Source: Candidatus Moraniibacteriota bacterium
GTDB lineage: Bacteria > Patescibacteriota > Minisyncoccia > Moranbacterales > DUUL01
Assembly (NCBI GenBank): GCA_041596615.1
Contig: JBFHIG010000003.1
Coordinates: 21,880 to 85,879 of the forward strand
Length of the DNA: 64,000 bases
Direction: 5' to 3'
Shown: piece by piece, positions 44,158 through 53,506 of the stretch
How the letters are laid out: every line of letters begins with the position of its first letter
Numbering within the stretch: the first letter of the stretch is position 1
Made by a program: the position numbers and the translations under genes
The notes under the pieces: generated by a model
The model's database searches: none
The model's input: only the letters and a program-made list of their open reading frames with translations
Told to the model about the DNA's origin: nothing

Positions 44158-46839
44158 TTAAAGTGAGATTCTCAGAATTTCCCCATTTTTTGTGGCAACA
44201 AAAACCCTGTCTTGTTTTTGGTTTATCCAGATATGTTCTGCGTCTACAAATTTTTGGTTGAAAAAAGTTTCAGTATCAGTTTGATTTCCTTTGGGTATTT
44301 TAGAAATAATACCATTTTTTGAATCCAAGGCGTAAATATTATTTGGATCTGTGCTGGTCTCAATGTCTACAATTCTTGAATCTTCATAGTCCTTGATTTT
44401 TGCTGAGAAAGAAGTTTTTAGTTTACCCTCAAAGTATTGTTGAATCTCTCCATTTTCTGATGCAACCAGAAGTGAATCATCAACCGCTAAATCAGTTGAT
44501 GTCGAGAAAAATTGTTGGTCGGCTATTCTTATTTTATAATTGCTAAAGCCCCCTGGTTTTCTGGGGAATCGATAGATATTATTTGATTCTTTATCCAGAA
44601 GATAGAGGTATTGAAGATAAACACCGACCCCTCCAATCTCAAGATTTTCAGGAAGATTAATGTCAACGTCTGTGAGACGATTTACTACGGGGCTATATGA
44701 AAAAACGTAGTTCTCTGAAATAAGAAAAATTAGCCTCAAGGTAGGCATTGAGACAAGGTATTTTATTTCTCGAGCACTATTTTTAAGAGGAATTTCAGAA
44801 AGTTCATTGTTGGTTATGTTTAGTCTAAAGAATTTCTCAGCAGTTGTGTATATAAACAATTCATCTTCATCACCGGCTATTGATTGGATTTCAGAATCAA
44901 GGCTTGCAATTGTCGTTGCTTCTATTTGATTGCCAAAAGAAGGCTTCTGAACGTCTAATTCTTGTTCTTTGAAATTCAAGACTTCGTTAGAATCTCCTTT
45001 CCCGAAAAATACAGAGAAAAGGATGACTCCAATGATGAGCAAACCCGCTATAGCAAGCGCAATTTTTTTATAAGAGTTGATGAAATTGAGAAAATTCTTT
45101 ATAACATTAACAAGTTTTTTTAGGGTAGGTCTTTTTTTGATTTTGATAAAGGGGGAAAACTTTCTAGACAGCTTTGCGAAAAAAACACTTATCTTGAATT
45201 GTTTCGAGCCGTAGTCGTTTTCATTTCCAGAAGCGAGAGTTTTTTTTATTTTTTTACTCACCTTGTTTTTCGAAAGACTAGAGTCTTTTTTGGCACTGAT
45301 AAGTAATTTTGTGATATTTTTATAGGATATTGTATAAAAATTTTTAATGTTCTTTATAATTCCGAAGAAGAGATTTTTCAAGCCAACGGACTTTAATTTG
45401 CATTTTATTTTATTTGCAAAAGATCTTAACTCCGTTTGCATCTTTTTGAAATTTTGCTCTTCTTTTGCTCTGATACTTTCATTCTTTAAGCGCATGGATT
45501 CTTTTTCTTTGCGAATTTTTTTCTTTTCAATTTCCAAAGCTTCTTTTTTATAAGCTTCCTCAGAAGGTTCTATCGGATATGAAACAGCATCATTAAAAGA
45601 CATTTCTTTAATATTTTCGTTTGGTTTGCCAAGTTTAAATTTTGAAATCAATGAAATTGAATTTGGCGTGATTGGAGGGTTCTTTTTTAATTCTTCCAGT
45701 GTTTGTTTGACCTTATTTAAGACCGAATTTAGTTTCCTCTCAGTTTCTTTGTCAACTTTTTCTATTACAAATTTGTCATCTTCCTCATCGGTTTCTTTAA
45801 TAAAAAGCTCGGGATGTTCCTCGAATGGTGAGATTGAGAATGATTCGAAAGATTTTTCCTTCTCTTTTACAGAGGGTGATTCTTTTTCCTTTTGACAACT
45901 TCCTTTTGATAATGAGATAGCCCCATTTTGTGTTTTCTTTGGAATCAACGATGAAATGACTGCATCTGTAGGATTTTCTTTTGTTATTTCGATGCTAACC
46001 TTTTCACTGTCAGGCGTCTTATCTTTCAAAGAATAGCATCTTTTGCCAAGAGATTTTTTTGCTGAAAATAACTCACTTTCCCCGAAAAAATTTAAGTTTT
46101 TAGTGCTACGAACCTCTTTTATTGGCAGAACACTTTTTTCTTTAATGTTAACAATTGCAACCCCAACATCTTTTCCCTCAAGGTCTATGGTTGATTTAAG
46201 AATATTATCGAACTCGTTTGAAGTGAATGTTTTTGTGTGACGAGTTATCTCGTCCCAAGAAAGAGAGTTGAAGAGATTCTTCGTTGAAAAAATTACCTTA
46301 TCATCAATCGAAAGCATTCCCGAGGAAATGTCAGAAAAAGTTTTTACTGGGTGGACATTTTCTTCCTCATTCAATCCGTCAGAAATATTTACAACCTGCC
46401 TATTCTTCGAAAGAAATATCTGGCCATCTCCAAGTTTTGTAAAATGAAAATCATTCTCATTTATCACCCCAACAACAGCATCGAGTTTGTTGATCCAATT
46501 TGTGACATCGTGCTCTGCAAGGTCTGCCAATGCTAAATTGACTTTATTAAGAGCAGCGCTGAAACTTTCTTCTGTTCCGCGATTTGGTTTTAGAAAAAAC
46601 TCTCTTTTTGCGACTTGAGATAGTAGGTTGGGGAGGTAGGCAGATTCTTCAGAATGGTCCTTAATTTTAATTACACCAAAAATTTCCCCGAGTTTGTGTT
46701 GCGCGGGGTTTTCGCCTTCAAAGTGAAAAGTGTTAGAGAACGGTTGTAAGTCTTTGTTCCTGCACACACTTACTAAGAAGGAATCGAGCTCAATTTTAAT
46801 GCTTTTATCTTTATTATCTTTCATAACAAAACATTTCAA
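44158..46839 (-). CDS. Large hypothetical protein: N-terminal PP2C/SpoIIE-like fold (tentative), Lys/Glu-rich linker, one TM, C-terminal beta-propeller-like domain
   Basis: 893 aa. The N-terminus has the PPM-like pattern GEIFGVIKI...LDAVVGVI...FTKLGDGQIFLSK...DDKVIFST. TM segment IALAIAGLLIIGVILFSVFF. The C-terminus has repeated beta-strand units. Confidence 0.75.
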   Translation of the reverse strand: MKCFVMKDNKDKSIKIELDSFLVSVCRNKDLQPFSNTFHFEGENPAQHKLGEIFGVIKIKDHSEESAYLPNLLSQVAKREFFLKPNRGTEESFSAALNKVNLALADLAEHDVTNWINKLDAVVGVINENDFHFTKLGDGQIFLSKNRQVVNISDGLNEEENVHPVKTFSDISSGMLSIDDKVIFSTKNLFNSLSWDEITRHTKTFTSNEFDNILKSTIDLEGKDVGVAIVNIKEKSVLPIKEVRSTKNLNFFGESELFSAKKSLGKRCYSLKDKTPDSEKVSIEITKENPTDAVISSLIPKKTQNGAISLSKGSCQKEKESPSVKEKEKSFESFSISPFEEHPELFIKETDEEDDKFVIEKVDKETERKLNSVLNKVKQTLEELKKNPPITPNSISLISKFKLGKPNENIKEMSFNDAVSYPIEPSEEAYKKEALEIEKKKIRKEKESMRLKNESIRAKEEQNFKKMQTELRSFANKIKCKLKSVGLKNLFFGIIKNIKNFYTISYKNITKLLISAKKDSSLSKNKVSKKIKKTLASGNENDYGSKQFKISVFFAKLSRKFSPFIKIKKRPTLKKLVNVIKNFLNFINSYKKIALAIAGLLIIGVILFSVFFGKGDSNEVLNFKEQELDVQKPSFGNQIEATTIASLDSEIQSIAGDEDELFIYTTAEKFFRLNITNNELSEIPLKNSAREIKYLVSMPTLRLIFLISENYVFSYSPVVNRLTDVDINLPENLEIGGVGVYLQYLYLLDKESNNIYRFPRKPGGFSNYKIRIADQQFFSTSTDLAVDDSLLVASENGEIQQYFEGKLKTSFSAKIKDYEDSRIVDIETSTDPNNIYALDSKNGIISKIPKGNQTDTETFFNQKFVDAEHIWINQKQDRVFVATKNGEILRISL

Positions 46840-46925
46840 GAGGACTTAAATAATCCCCGTGACATATCAATCTTAATTATTATAAAGCAACTGATTTTTT
46901 TGTGCAAAGAAAATGTTCAGAATAT

Positions 46926-46954
46926 TTGACAAATATTTTGAGGTGTCATACAAT
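46926..46954 (+). promoter_or_regulatory. sigma70-like promoter of the hrcA operon
   Basis: TTGACA (46926-46931), 17-nt spacer, TACAAT (46949-46954). Confidence 0.6.
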
Positions 46955-46958
46955 TAAA

Positions 46959-46985
46959 TTAGCAGTCGGATGTGTAGAGTGCCAA
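46959..46985 (+). promoter_or_regulatory. CIRCE operator (HrcA binding site)
   Basis: TTAGCAGTC-N9-GAGTGCCAA against the consensus TTAGCACTC-N9-GAGTGCTAA (2 mismatches). It lies directly after the -10 element. Confidence 0.8.
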
Positions 46986-47005
46986 TAAGTAATTAATCAA
47001 AAGAA

Positions 47006-47779
47006 ATGCTTTCAGAAAGACAAGAGAAAATTCTGAGTCTAATAGTCCAAGAATACACAAAAACAGCCATTCCGGTAAGCAGTTCTTCTATTACAAGGAG
47101 CTTTGAGAATAATATATCCTCAGCAACAATTAGGAATGAAATGCTGGAGCTTGAAAAGATAGGTTTTTTATTGAAACCACACATATCTGCTGGGAGAATA
47201 CCATCCGATTTTGGTTATCGTTATTTTATAGATAATCTTATAAAAAAGAGAAAACTAAACCAAAACGATCAAAATGCATTGCAAGTTGAAATGTTGAAAC
47301 TGAAGGCGCAAAATACTAGATTGTCAAGAACTTTAGCAAAAACACTTTCAATGTCATCAAAATGCCTAGCCTTATCAGGGATGATCGAAAGGAAAGATTA
47401 TTATGATTTTGGGATGCATACTTTAATGAATGATCCAGAATTTAATAAGCTAGACGAAGTTTCACGAATTGCTGCATCGCTTGATGTCATTGATGAAAAA
47501 ATGGAGAAGATTCTAGAGCAATTGGAAGACGGGGAGACAAAGATTTTCATTGGGAAAGAGAACCCAATCGAGGAAATTAGAAATTGCTCAATGATTATTT
47601 CCCCTTATCGCCTAGAGAGCGGTGAAAGAGGAATACTAGCAATTATTGGTCCCAAGAGAATGGAATACGAAAAAAATAAAAACTTAATTGATTTTGTGAA
47701 GGGATTTTTTAATAGCAAAAACACAAAGGTTTTATTTTTCGCAACAACAGGAGTAAGCAGTGTTATTAACCTGGTCTAA
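47006..47779 (+). CDS. hrcA: Heat-inducible transcription repressor HrcA (short form)
   Basis: 257 aa. N-terminal winged-helix LSERQEKILSLIVQEYTKTAIPVSS...ATIRNEM. It follows a CIRCE element and is shorter than typical HrcA. Confidence 0.85.
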   Translation: MLSERQEKILSLIVQEYTKTAIPVSSSSITRSFENNISSATIRNEMLELEKIGFLLKPHISAGRIPSDFGYRYFIDNLIKKRKLNQNDQNALQVEMLKLKAQNTRLSRTLAKTLSMSSKCLALSGMIERKDYYDFGMHTLMNDPEFNKLDEVSRIAASLDVIDEKMEKILEQLEDGETKIFIGKENPIEEIRNCSMIISPYRLESGERGILAIIGPKRMEYEKNKNLIDFVKGFFNSKNTKVLFFATTGVSSVINLV

Positions 47780-47823
47780 GATTATTTGAAATTTATAGAT
47801 AATAAGAAATAAAAAGATTTAAG

Positions 47824-48753
47824 ATGAAATTTATGGATAAAGTAAAAAAGAAATCGAGTGTCAAGGGAGAGGAAAGCGTGATAAGGGATGAATCAGCAAA
47901 TGGATGCACAAGGCCAATGGCAATTACAGTGAAAATTGTAGTGCTTAATTCAGAGCACAAAGTTCTTCTTCTAAAACGAACTAAGAATTCCTTGAATCCA
48001 GGAAAGTGGGATTTGCCAGGTGGGCACATCGATAAAGGAGAAACAATAGAGGAAACAATAAAACGGGAAGCGCTTGAAGAGACGGGATTAAATGTTGAAA
48101 TAGGACCAATTATTAATGTTGTTGAATTCTCAAGAGATCACGAAGCATTTTTAGCGGAGAAAAGAGGTCTTAGATATATAGCGCTAACAACTGACTCGGA
48201 AGTTAAATTGAAAAAAGATGAGCATTCGGAGTTTGTGTGGGTATCTTTTGATGAAGCAATTGGAATGTTAGAAGATGAAGGTTTTGAGGCAGAGAAGAAA
48301 CAAACAATAAGGGAGGCTAGGAATCGTATGGAGCTGGAAAAGTCACTTAGAGGTTGGCACAGAACATTGGCAGATTTTGATAATTTCAAGAAGAGGACGG
48401 AGAAGTCGAACGATGAGTTTAGAAAATTCTGTTTAGAAAATTTCATTTTAGAGATTCTACCAATAGTTGATAATTTTGAAATGGCTACTGAGCATATTCC
48501 AGAGGAACAAAAAAAAGAAGGATGGGTTGTTGGGGTAATGCATATTAAAAATCAACTAACAGGAGTCCTGGAAAGTAACGGGGTGACAGAAATTCCAACA
48601 AGAGAAGGAGACGAAGCAAACGAACTGATTCATGAAGTAATAAAATCACAAGAGCAGAAAGAGAAAAACGATGGGAAAATTAAAAAGATTTTAAAGAAGG
48701 GCTATCAGATGGGAGAGAGAGTGATTCGCCCGGCAACAGTTGAAATTGGGTAA
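47824..48753 (+). CDS. grpE: Nudix hydrolase - GrpE fusion protein
   Basis: 309 aa, one uninterrupted frame. Nudix box at residues 67-89 (GHIDKGETIEETIKREALEETGL). The GrpE region begins near residue 170 (DFDNFKKRTEK ... GYQMGERVIRPATVEIG). Confidence 0.88.
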   Translation: MKFMDKVKKKSSVKGEESVIRDESANGCTRPMAITVKIVVLNSEHKVLLLKRTKNSLNPGKWDLPGGHIDKGETIEETIKREALEETGLNVEIGPIINVVEFSRDHEAFLAEKRGLRYIALTTDSEVKLKKDEHSEFVWVSFDEAIGMLEDEGFEAEKKQTIREARNRMELEKSLRGWHRTLADFDNFKKRTEKSNDEFRKFCLENFILEILPIVDNFEMATEHIPEEQKKEGWVVGVMHIKNQLTGVLESNGVTEIPTREGDEANELIHEVIKSQEQKEKNDGKIKKILKKGYQMGERVIRPATVEIG

Positions 48754-48857
48754 TATGGTATTTGTAATTTATACAGAAGATAGGGTATCTCAAATAGATA
48801 ATAATTAATTTCTGAATGTTATTGAGCATTTGCACAATAACAGGAAGACACAAATCA

Positions 48858-49265
48858 ATGAGAGGAAGACATTTAATCACGTGGGATCCATTCCATGACT
48901 TGGTTCGTGGACTCGATCAGGAAACTTTTGGCGGAGACTTCATGCCAGCAGTTGACGTCTATCAAAAAAAAGACGACGTGATTGTGGAAATGGAAATTCC
49001 AGGAATTTCCACTGATAAGGTGGATGTTTCAGTGGAGAATAATGTGCTTACGGTCAGTGGAAGCCGTGAGAGCAAAAAAGAAGTCGAAAGAGCAGACTAT
49101 TATCGAAGAGAGATGAGTTATGGAGCTTTCAGCCGAAGCGTAACGTTGCCAACCAAAGTTAAGGGTGACAAAGCAGAAGCTAAATTTGAAAACGGTGTTT
49201 TGAAGGTTACCTTGCCAAAGGCAGAGGATGTAAAACCAAGAAAAATTGAAGTCAAGGTCAAATAA
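48858..49265 (+). CDS. Small heat-shock protein (Hsp20/alpha-crystallin family)
   Basis: 135 aa from ATG 48858 (the maximal ORF starts at 48816). PAVDVYQKKDDVIVEMEIPG, GVLKVTLPK, and AGGAAG 9 nt upstream. Confidence 0.88.
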   Translation: MRGRHLITWDPFHDLVRGLDQETFGGDFMPAVDVYQKKDDVIVEMEIPGISTDKVDVSVENNVLTVSGSRESKKEVERADYYRREMSYGAFSRSVTLPTKVKGDKAEAKFENGVLKVTLPKAEDVKPRKIEVKVK

Positions 49266-49395
49266 CCGTTTGAATCCACACCTTGGCGATGCTCAGCGTC
49301 GCTAAGGATATGGATTTAAAAAAGAATTATTTTGGATATATTTTGAAAATAATATCTTGAAGTCCAGTTTAATAAGTTAATCTTAAATTAATATT

Positions 49396-51300
49396 ATGGG
49401 AAAAATCCTAGGAATCGATTTAGGGACGACAAACTCTGCAATGGCTATCGTGGAGGGAGGAACTCCTACAATCATTGAAAACAAGGAAGGAAATCGAACA
49501 ACACCTTCAATTGTTGCAATCAATAAGAATGGCGAAAGACTTGCTGGTCTTTTGGCAAAAAGACAGGCCGTGACAAATCCTGAAAACACTATTTATTCAG
49601 CAAAGCGTTTGATCGGAAGAAGTTTTTCTGACCCAGAGGTAAAGGAAACTGCGACAAAGCTGCCTTATAAAATAAGCGAAGGGAAAAATGGAGCTGTTCA
49701 GATTACAATGAGTGGAAAAGAATATCGACCAGCTGAAATTTCGGCAATGATTTTACAAAAACTAAAAGCTGATGCCGAAGAAAAGCTAGGAGAGAAGATT
49801 GAAGAGGCTGTAATTACAGTTCCTGCATATTTTGATGATGCCCAAAGAAAAGCAACAAAAGATGCTGGTGAAATTGCTGGATTAAAAGTAAGAAGAATCA
49901 TTAATGAGCCAACAGCAGCAGCGCTTGCATATGGTTTTAATAAAAAGAAAGACGAGAAAATAGCAGTTTACGATCTTGGAGGAGGAACTTTTGACATTTC
50001 AATTTTGGAAGTTGCAGAGGATACTGTTGAGGTAAAATCCACCAATGGAGACACTTATCTTGGTGGAGATGATTTTGATGAAAAATTAATTTCCTGGATT
50101 TTGGAGGAATTCAAAAAACAAGAGGGAGTTGATTTATCAAAAGATTCTCTTGCACTACAAAGAATTAAAGAGTCTGCCGAAAAAGCAAAAATCGAACTTT
50201 CAACAGCACAAGAAACCGAAATTAACCAACCGTTTATTACCTCAGGTGTTGATGGTCCAAAACATCTTGTGATGAAAATTTCTCGAGCAAAACTTGAGGA
50301 GTTGGTGGGAGATTTAGTCGATAGAACTTTGGATCCAGTAAAGAAGGCCTTGGAAGATGCAGGACTTAAAACTTCTGACATCAATGAAGTTGTGATGGTT
50401 GGGGGAATGACAAGGATGCCTTTGGTTTTGAAAAAAGTGGAAGCTTTTTTTGGAAAGAAGCCATCAACAAGTGTAAATCCTGATGAAGTTGTGGCGATGG
50501 GTGCTGCAATTCAAGGTGGAGTTTTGCAAGGCGACGTAAAGGACGTGCTTTTATTGGACGTTACCCCCTTGACTCTTGGAATTGAAACTATGGGAGGAAT
50601 TTTGACCCCACTGATTGAGAGAAATACAACAATTCCTACAACAAAATCACAAATATTTTCAACTGCGGCCGACAACCAGCCAGGTGTTGAAATCCATGTT
50701 TTGCAGGGTGAAAGAAAAATGGCCTCTGATAACAAGCCACTCGGAAGATTTATGTTGGATGGAATTCCGCCAGCACCAAGAGGAGTTCCTCAGATTGAAG
50801 TTTCTTTTGATATTGATGCAAACGGGATTTTAAATGTAAAAGCCGTTGATAAGGCAACTAATAAAGAGCAGTCAATTAGAATTGAGGCTTCAAGCGGAAT
50901 GAGCGATGAGGAAATCGAGAAGATGAAGAAAGACGCTGAATTACATGCTGAAGAAGATAAAAAGAAAGCAGAAACAGTTGAAGTTAAAAACGTAGCAGAC
51001 TCTCTCGTGCATTCCACAGAAAAGTTGCTGAAAGATTCCGGTGATAAGGTTGATGCTGAAAAGAAAAAATCAGTAGAGGAGAAGGTGGAGGCACTGAAGA
51101 AAGTGAAGGATGGAGATGACATAGAAGCTATTAAAAAAGCTTCTGAAGAGCTTTCAGCTGAAGCACAGAAGATTGGTGAGGAAATGTATAAGGCAGCGCA
51201 ACAAGCACAAGCTGAAGCGAAGCCAGAAGGAGAGAAGAAAGAAGGAGATAATGTGAAAGAAGCGGAAGCAGAGGAAAAAAAGGAAGAGGAAAAGAAATAG
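49396..51300 (+). CDS. dnaK: Molecular chaperone DnaK (Hsp70)
   Basis: 634 aa. [25 protein letters not shown], and an acidic C-terminal tail. Confidence 0.97.
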   Translation: MGKILGIDLGTTNSAMAIVEGGTPTIIENKEGNRTTPSIVAINKNGERLAGLLAKRQAVTNPENTIYSAKRLIGRSFSDPEVKETATKLPYKISEGKNGAVQITMSGKEYRPAEISAMILQKLKADAEEKLGEKIEEAVITVPAYFDDAQRKATKDAGEIAGLKVRRIINEPTAAALAYGFNKKKDEKIAVYDLGGGTFDISILEVAEDTVEVKSTNGDTYLGGDDFDEKLISWILEEFKKQEGVDLSKDSLALQRIKESAEKAKIELSTAQETEINQPFITSGVDGPKHLVMKISRAKLEELVGDLVDRTLDPVKKALEDAGLKTSDINEVVMVGGMTRMPLVLKKVEAFFGKKPSTSVNPDEVVAMGAAIQGGVLQGDVKDVLLLDVTPLTLGIETMGGILTPLIERNTTIPTTKSQIFSTAADNQPGVEIHVLQGERKMASDNKPLGRFMLDGIPPAPRGVPQIEVSFDIDANGILNVKAVDKATNKEQSIRIEASSGMSDEEIEKMKKDAELHAEEDKKKAETVEVKNVADSLVHSTEKLLKDSGDKVDAEKKKSVEEKVEALKKVKDGDDIEAIKKASEELSAEAQKIGEEMYKAAQQAQAEAKPEGEKKEGDNVKEAEAEEKKEEEKK

Positions 51301-51315
51301 TTCGAGTTTATTTAG

Positions 51316-51340
51316 ACGGGGACAGAAATGTCCCCGTTTG
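51316..51340 (+). terminator. Terminator hairpin after dnaK
   Basis: ACGGGGACA (51316-51324), loop GAAA, TGTCCCCGT (51329-51337), then TTTG. The T-run is short. Confidence 0.55.
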
Positions 51341-51622
51341 TGATGGATTTGTATTTTGTGTCTAGCATAAAGGTGTATAAATCGCACCGGAGCATTATAT
51401 TTTAAATTTTCAAACTGTTGAATATAATAGTCGGGTGCTCTGTGTTGAGGTGTTGCTACATAGCATGTTACGTAGTACAAAAAGATGGATTCCAAAATAT
51501 AGATATCAACTGCACATGTCATTCCCGCGCAAGAGGAAAGCTATTAGACTGGAAGCTTGTTAATATAGAATTACCAAGAAACGGATAATGGTTTTTAAGA
51601 ATAATAAATAACCACAAAACAA

Positions 51623-51931
51623 ATGAACAACCAACAACAAACAAACCAAAATCAACCACAACAAATCCAAATCAAAGCTAGCGATGAGGATTTGAAGGGT
51701 AAATATGCCAACAACGCTCAAATTATGCATACTAAAGAGGAATTTGTTTTAGATTTTTTGAATATTTTTCCTCCAACTGGCACGCTTAATTCAAGAGTGA
51801 TTCTTTCTCCCTCACATTTCAAAAGAATGATAGGTGCTATGAATGATAATTTAAAGAAATACGAAGATAAATTTGGGAAGATTGAAGAAGTAAAAGGTGC
51901 TGAGAAATCTTCCATGGGGTTTGTGGTGTAG
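51623..51931 (+). CDS. DUF3467-family protein
   Basis: 102 aa. Gln/Asn-rich N-terminus, then YANNAQIMHTKEEFVLDF...RVILSPSHFKRMIGAMNDNLKKYEDKFG, which matches my recollection of the DUF3467 pattern. Confidence 0.7.
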   Translation: MNNQQQTNQNQPQQIQIKASDEDLKGKYANNAQIMHTKEEFVLDFLNIFPPTGTLNSRVILSPSHFKRMIGAMNDNLKKYEDKFGKIEEVKGAEKSSMGFVV

Positions 51932-51981
51932 AGCTTGGAAAAGAAATCTCAGTTTCTGAAATTTAATATGTATCAAAAAAC

Positions 51982-52017
51982 GTCGATAAGCCATAAAATG
52001 TTTGGCTTATCGACTTT
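51982..52017 (+). terminator. Terminator hairpin
   Basis: GTCGATAAGCC (51982-51992) pairs with GGCTTATCGAC (52004-52014), followed by TTT. Confidence 0.55.
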
Positions 52018-52171
52018 AAATTAAAGAAAAAATGTTAACAATAAAAACCGCCATATGTCTGTACACATTACAAGTAACCATTGCTAAGAACCAAGAAATA
52101 TTCTATAATTTTATATTAAGAAAAGAGTTTTTAGAATAGTACTTAAAAAATCAAATTCAAGGAGAGTAGCA

Positions 52172-52888
52172 GTGAAATTAACAATAGAGATACCCAGTCA
52201 ATATGGGAGGCCAGTTTTTGAAATTAGTTTCGATTCAAAAGTTGGTGGGAAATGTTTTCCTAAAAAATCAATGCCAACTGCCAAAGAAATTCTTTCAGAG
52301 TTGGGGAAATTTGTGGAGATGTATTTTTTCATTATTTCGGAAGTGAATTGTTCTTTTGTGGGACAATTTCAACGCGTTTGGACCAGGAGAACTATCGTGC
52401 TTCCTAGAAAATCTAAGAAGGACAGCTTTTATTTTGTGGAAAAGATAAATCTCTCAACACCTTCGGAGAAAAAAATCCAACAAATTCTTGATTTAGCAAA
52501 GAAAGGCTATATTAAAAGGATTATTTTTACTTCTCCTGTATACACTGAAGAAATTGTTTATTGTCACAACCCTCTTTGGTTCCACTCCCTAATGAAGGAC
52601 AGAAAAAGTCTTTTAGATGGTGATATTCGAATCGCAGATAAAGTATTTATCACGTATAATCCCCAAAAAAAAACTATCTTCAAAAATAATAATTTTTGGA
52701 CGGTTATCATATCGGAAGAAAAATGGAATATAAATTCCTTGAAAGAGGCTAGATTCTGTTCCCGGGAAATCGCTTTGGAGCTGGTACTCAATTTTTTGAG
52801 GGTGATTTTGGAATCAGACGAAAGTTTGAATTCGCAAATAGCTAAAATCATCAAGGGTATAGAAAAAATTCAAATCCCCCGAGGCTAA
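52172..52888 (+). CDS. Hypothetical protein (238 aa), orphan
   Basis: GTG start, preceded by AAGGAGAG (52158-52165). Intact ORF with no recognisable motif, no TM and no signal peptide. Confidence 0.6.
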   Translation: MKLTIEIPSQYGRPVFEISFDSKVGGKCFPKKSMPTAKEILSELGKFVEMYFFIISEVNCSFVGQFQRVWTRRTIVLPRKSKKDSFYFVEKINLSTPSEKKIQQILDLAKKGYIKRIIFTSPVYTEEIVYCHNPLWFHSLMKDRKSLLDGDIRIADKVFITYNPQKKTIFKNNNFWTVIISEEKWNINSLKEARFCSREIALELVLNFLRVILESDESLNSQIAKIIKGIEKIQIPRG

Positions 52889-52954
52889 TTTAGAGAAAAA
52901 CGAAGAGGTTATTCTGGAAAAAGAATAACCTCTTTAAATTTGAGAAAGCATTTT

Positions 52955-52990
52955 AAAACAGGATAACCAATGTTTTGGCCATCCTGTTTT
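52955..52990. terminator. Bidirectional terminator between convergent orphan genes
   Basis: AAAACAGGAT (52955-52964) pairs with ATCCTGTTTT (52981-52990). A second hairpin at 52904-52933 lies just upstream. Confidence 0.6.
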
Positions 52991-53001
52991 GTTGTAAATT
53001 T

Positions 53002-53304
53002 CTAAAGAGAGACCTTTTCCTCTCTTGTGTTCAGCAGCTCCCTTGTTATGACTTCCTCATGAGTGGTTCTTTCTAAAAGGCAATTTAAAATGCAACCAAG
53101 GTCTCCTTCTATCATTCCGACTAGAGGATAAATTTCTTCTAGCATCGAACGATAGTTTGGTGTGATCCCGCTTGGCGACGGATTTTCAAGCGGATAGAGA
53201 AGTTCCTTTATTACCCTAATTCTTGTCATTGCCAGACCCAGAGATATTCCAAGGCTTTGTGGTGAATCGATTCGCTCTCTTCTGTCTTTTTTTTCCATAA
53301 TCAT
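53002..53304 (-). CDS. Hypothetical protein (100 aa), orphan
   Basis: Intact minus-strand ORF bounded by a terminator. No family recognised. Confidence 0.5.
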   Translation of the reverse strand: MIMEKKDRRERIDSPQSLGISLGLAMTRIRVIKELLYPLENPSPSGITPNYRSMLEEIYPLVGMIEGDLGCILNCLLERTTHEEVITRELLNTREEKVSL

Positions 53305-53506
53305 CTCCGATTTTTTAAAAAAACTAGCTTGAGAGTTCCCAAGAAGGTACTATAATTTTCAATTGTGCATTAATTATTTTATTTTGTAAATGTTTTTTGA
53401 AAAACAATTCTTTGTTCGAAGATGTAGGGAGGGATAATTTTCAGACTAAGCCAAATGTGTTATACTAAGGAGGCTTATAGGAATTTTTAATATAAAACAC
53501 AAAAAA

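Noticed and set aside
51154-51522. A 122-aa minus-strand ORF spanning the dnaK 3' end and the downstream gap.
   Set aside because: It overlaps the dnaK tail in antisense and crosses the dnaK terminator. Its translation is Phe/Leu-rich low complexity, and it has no SD.
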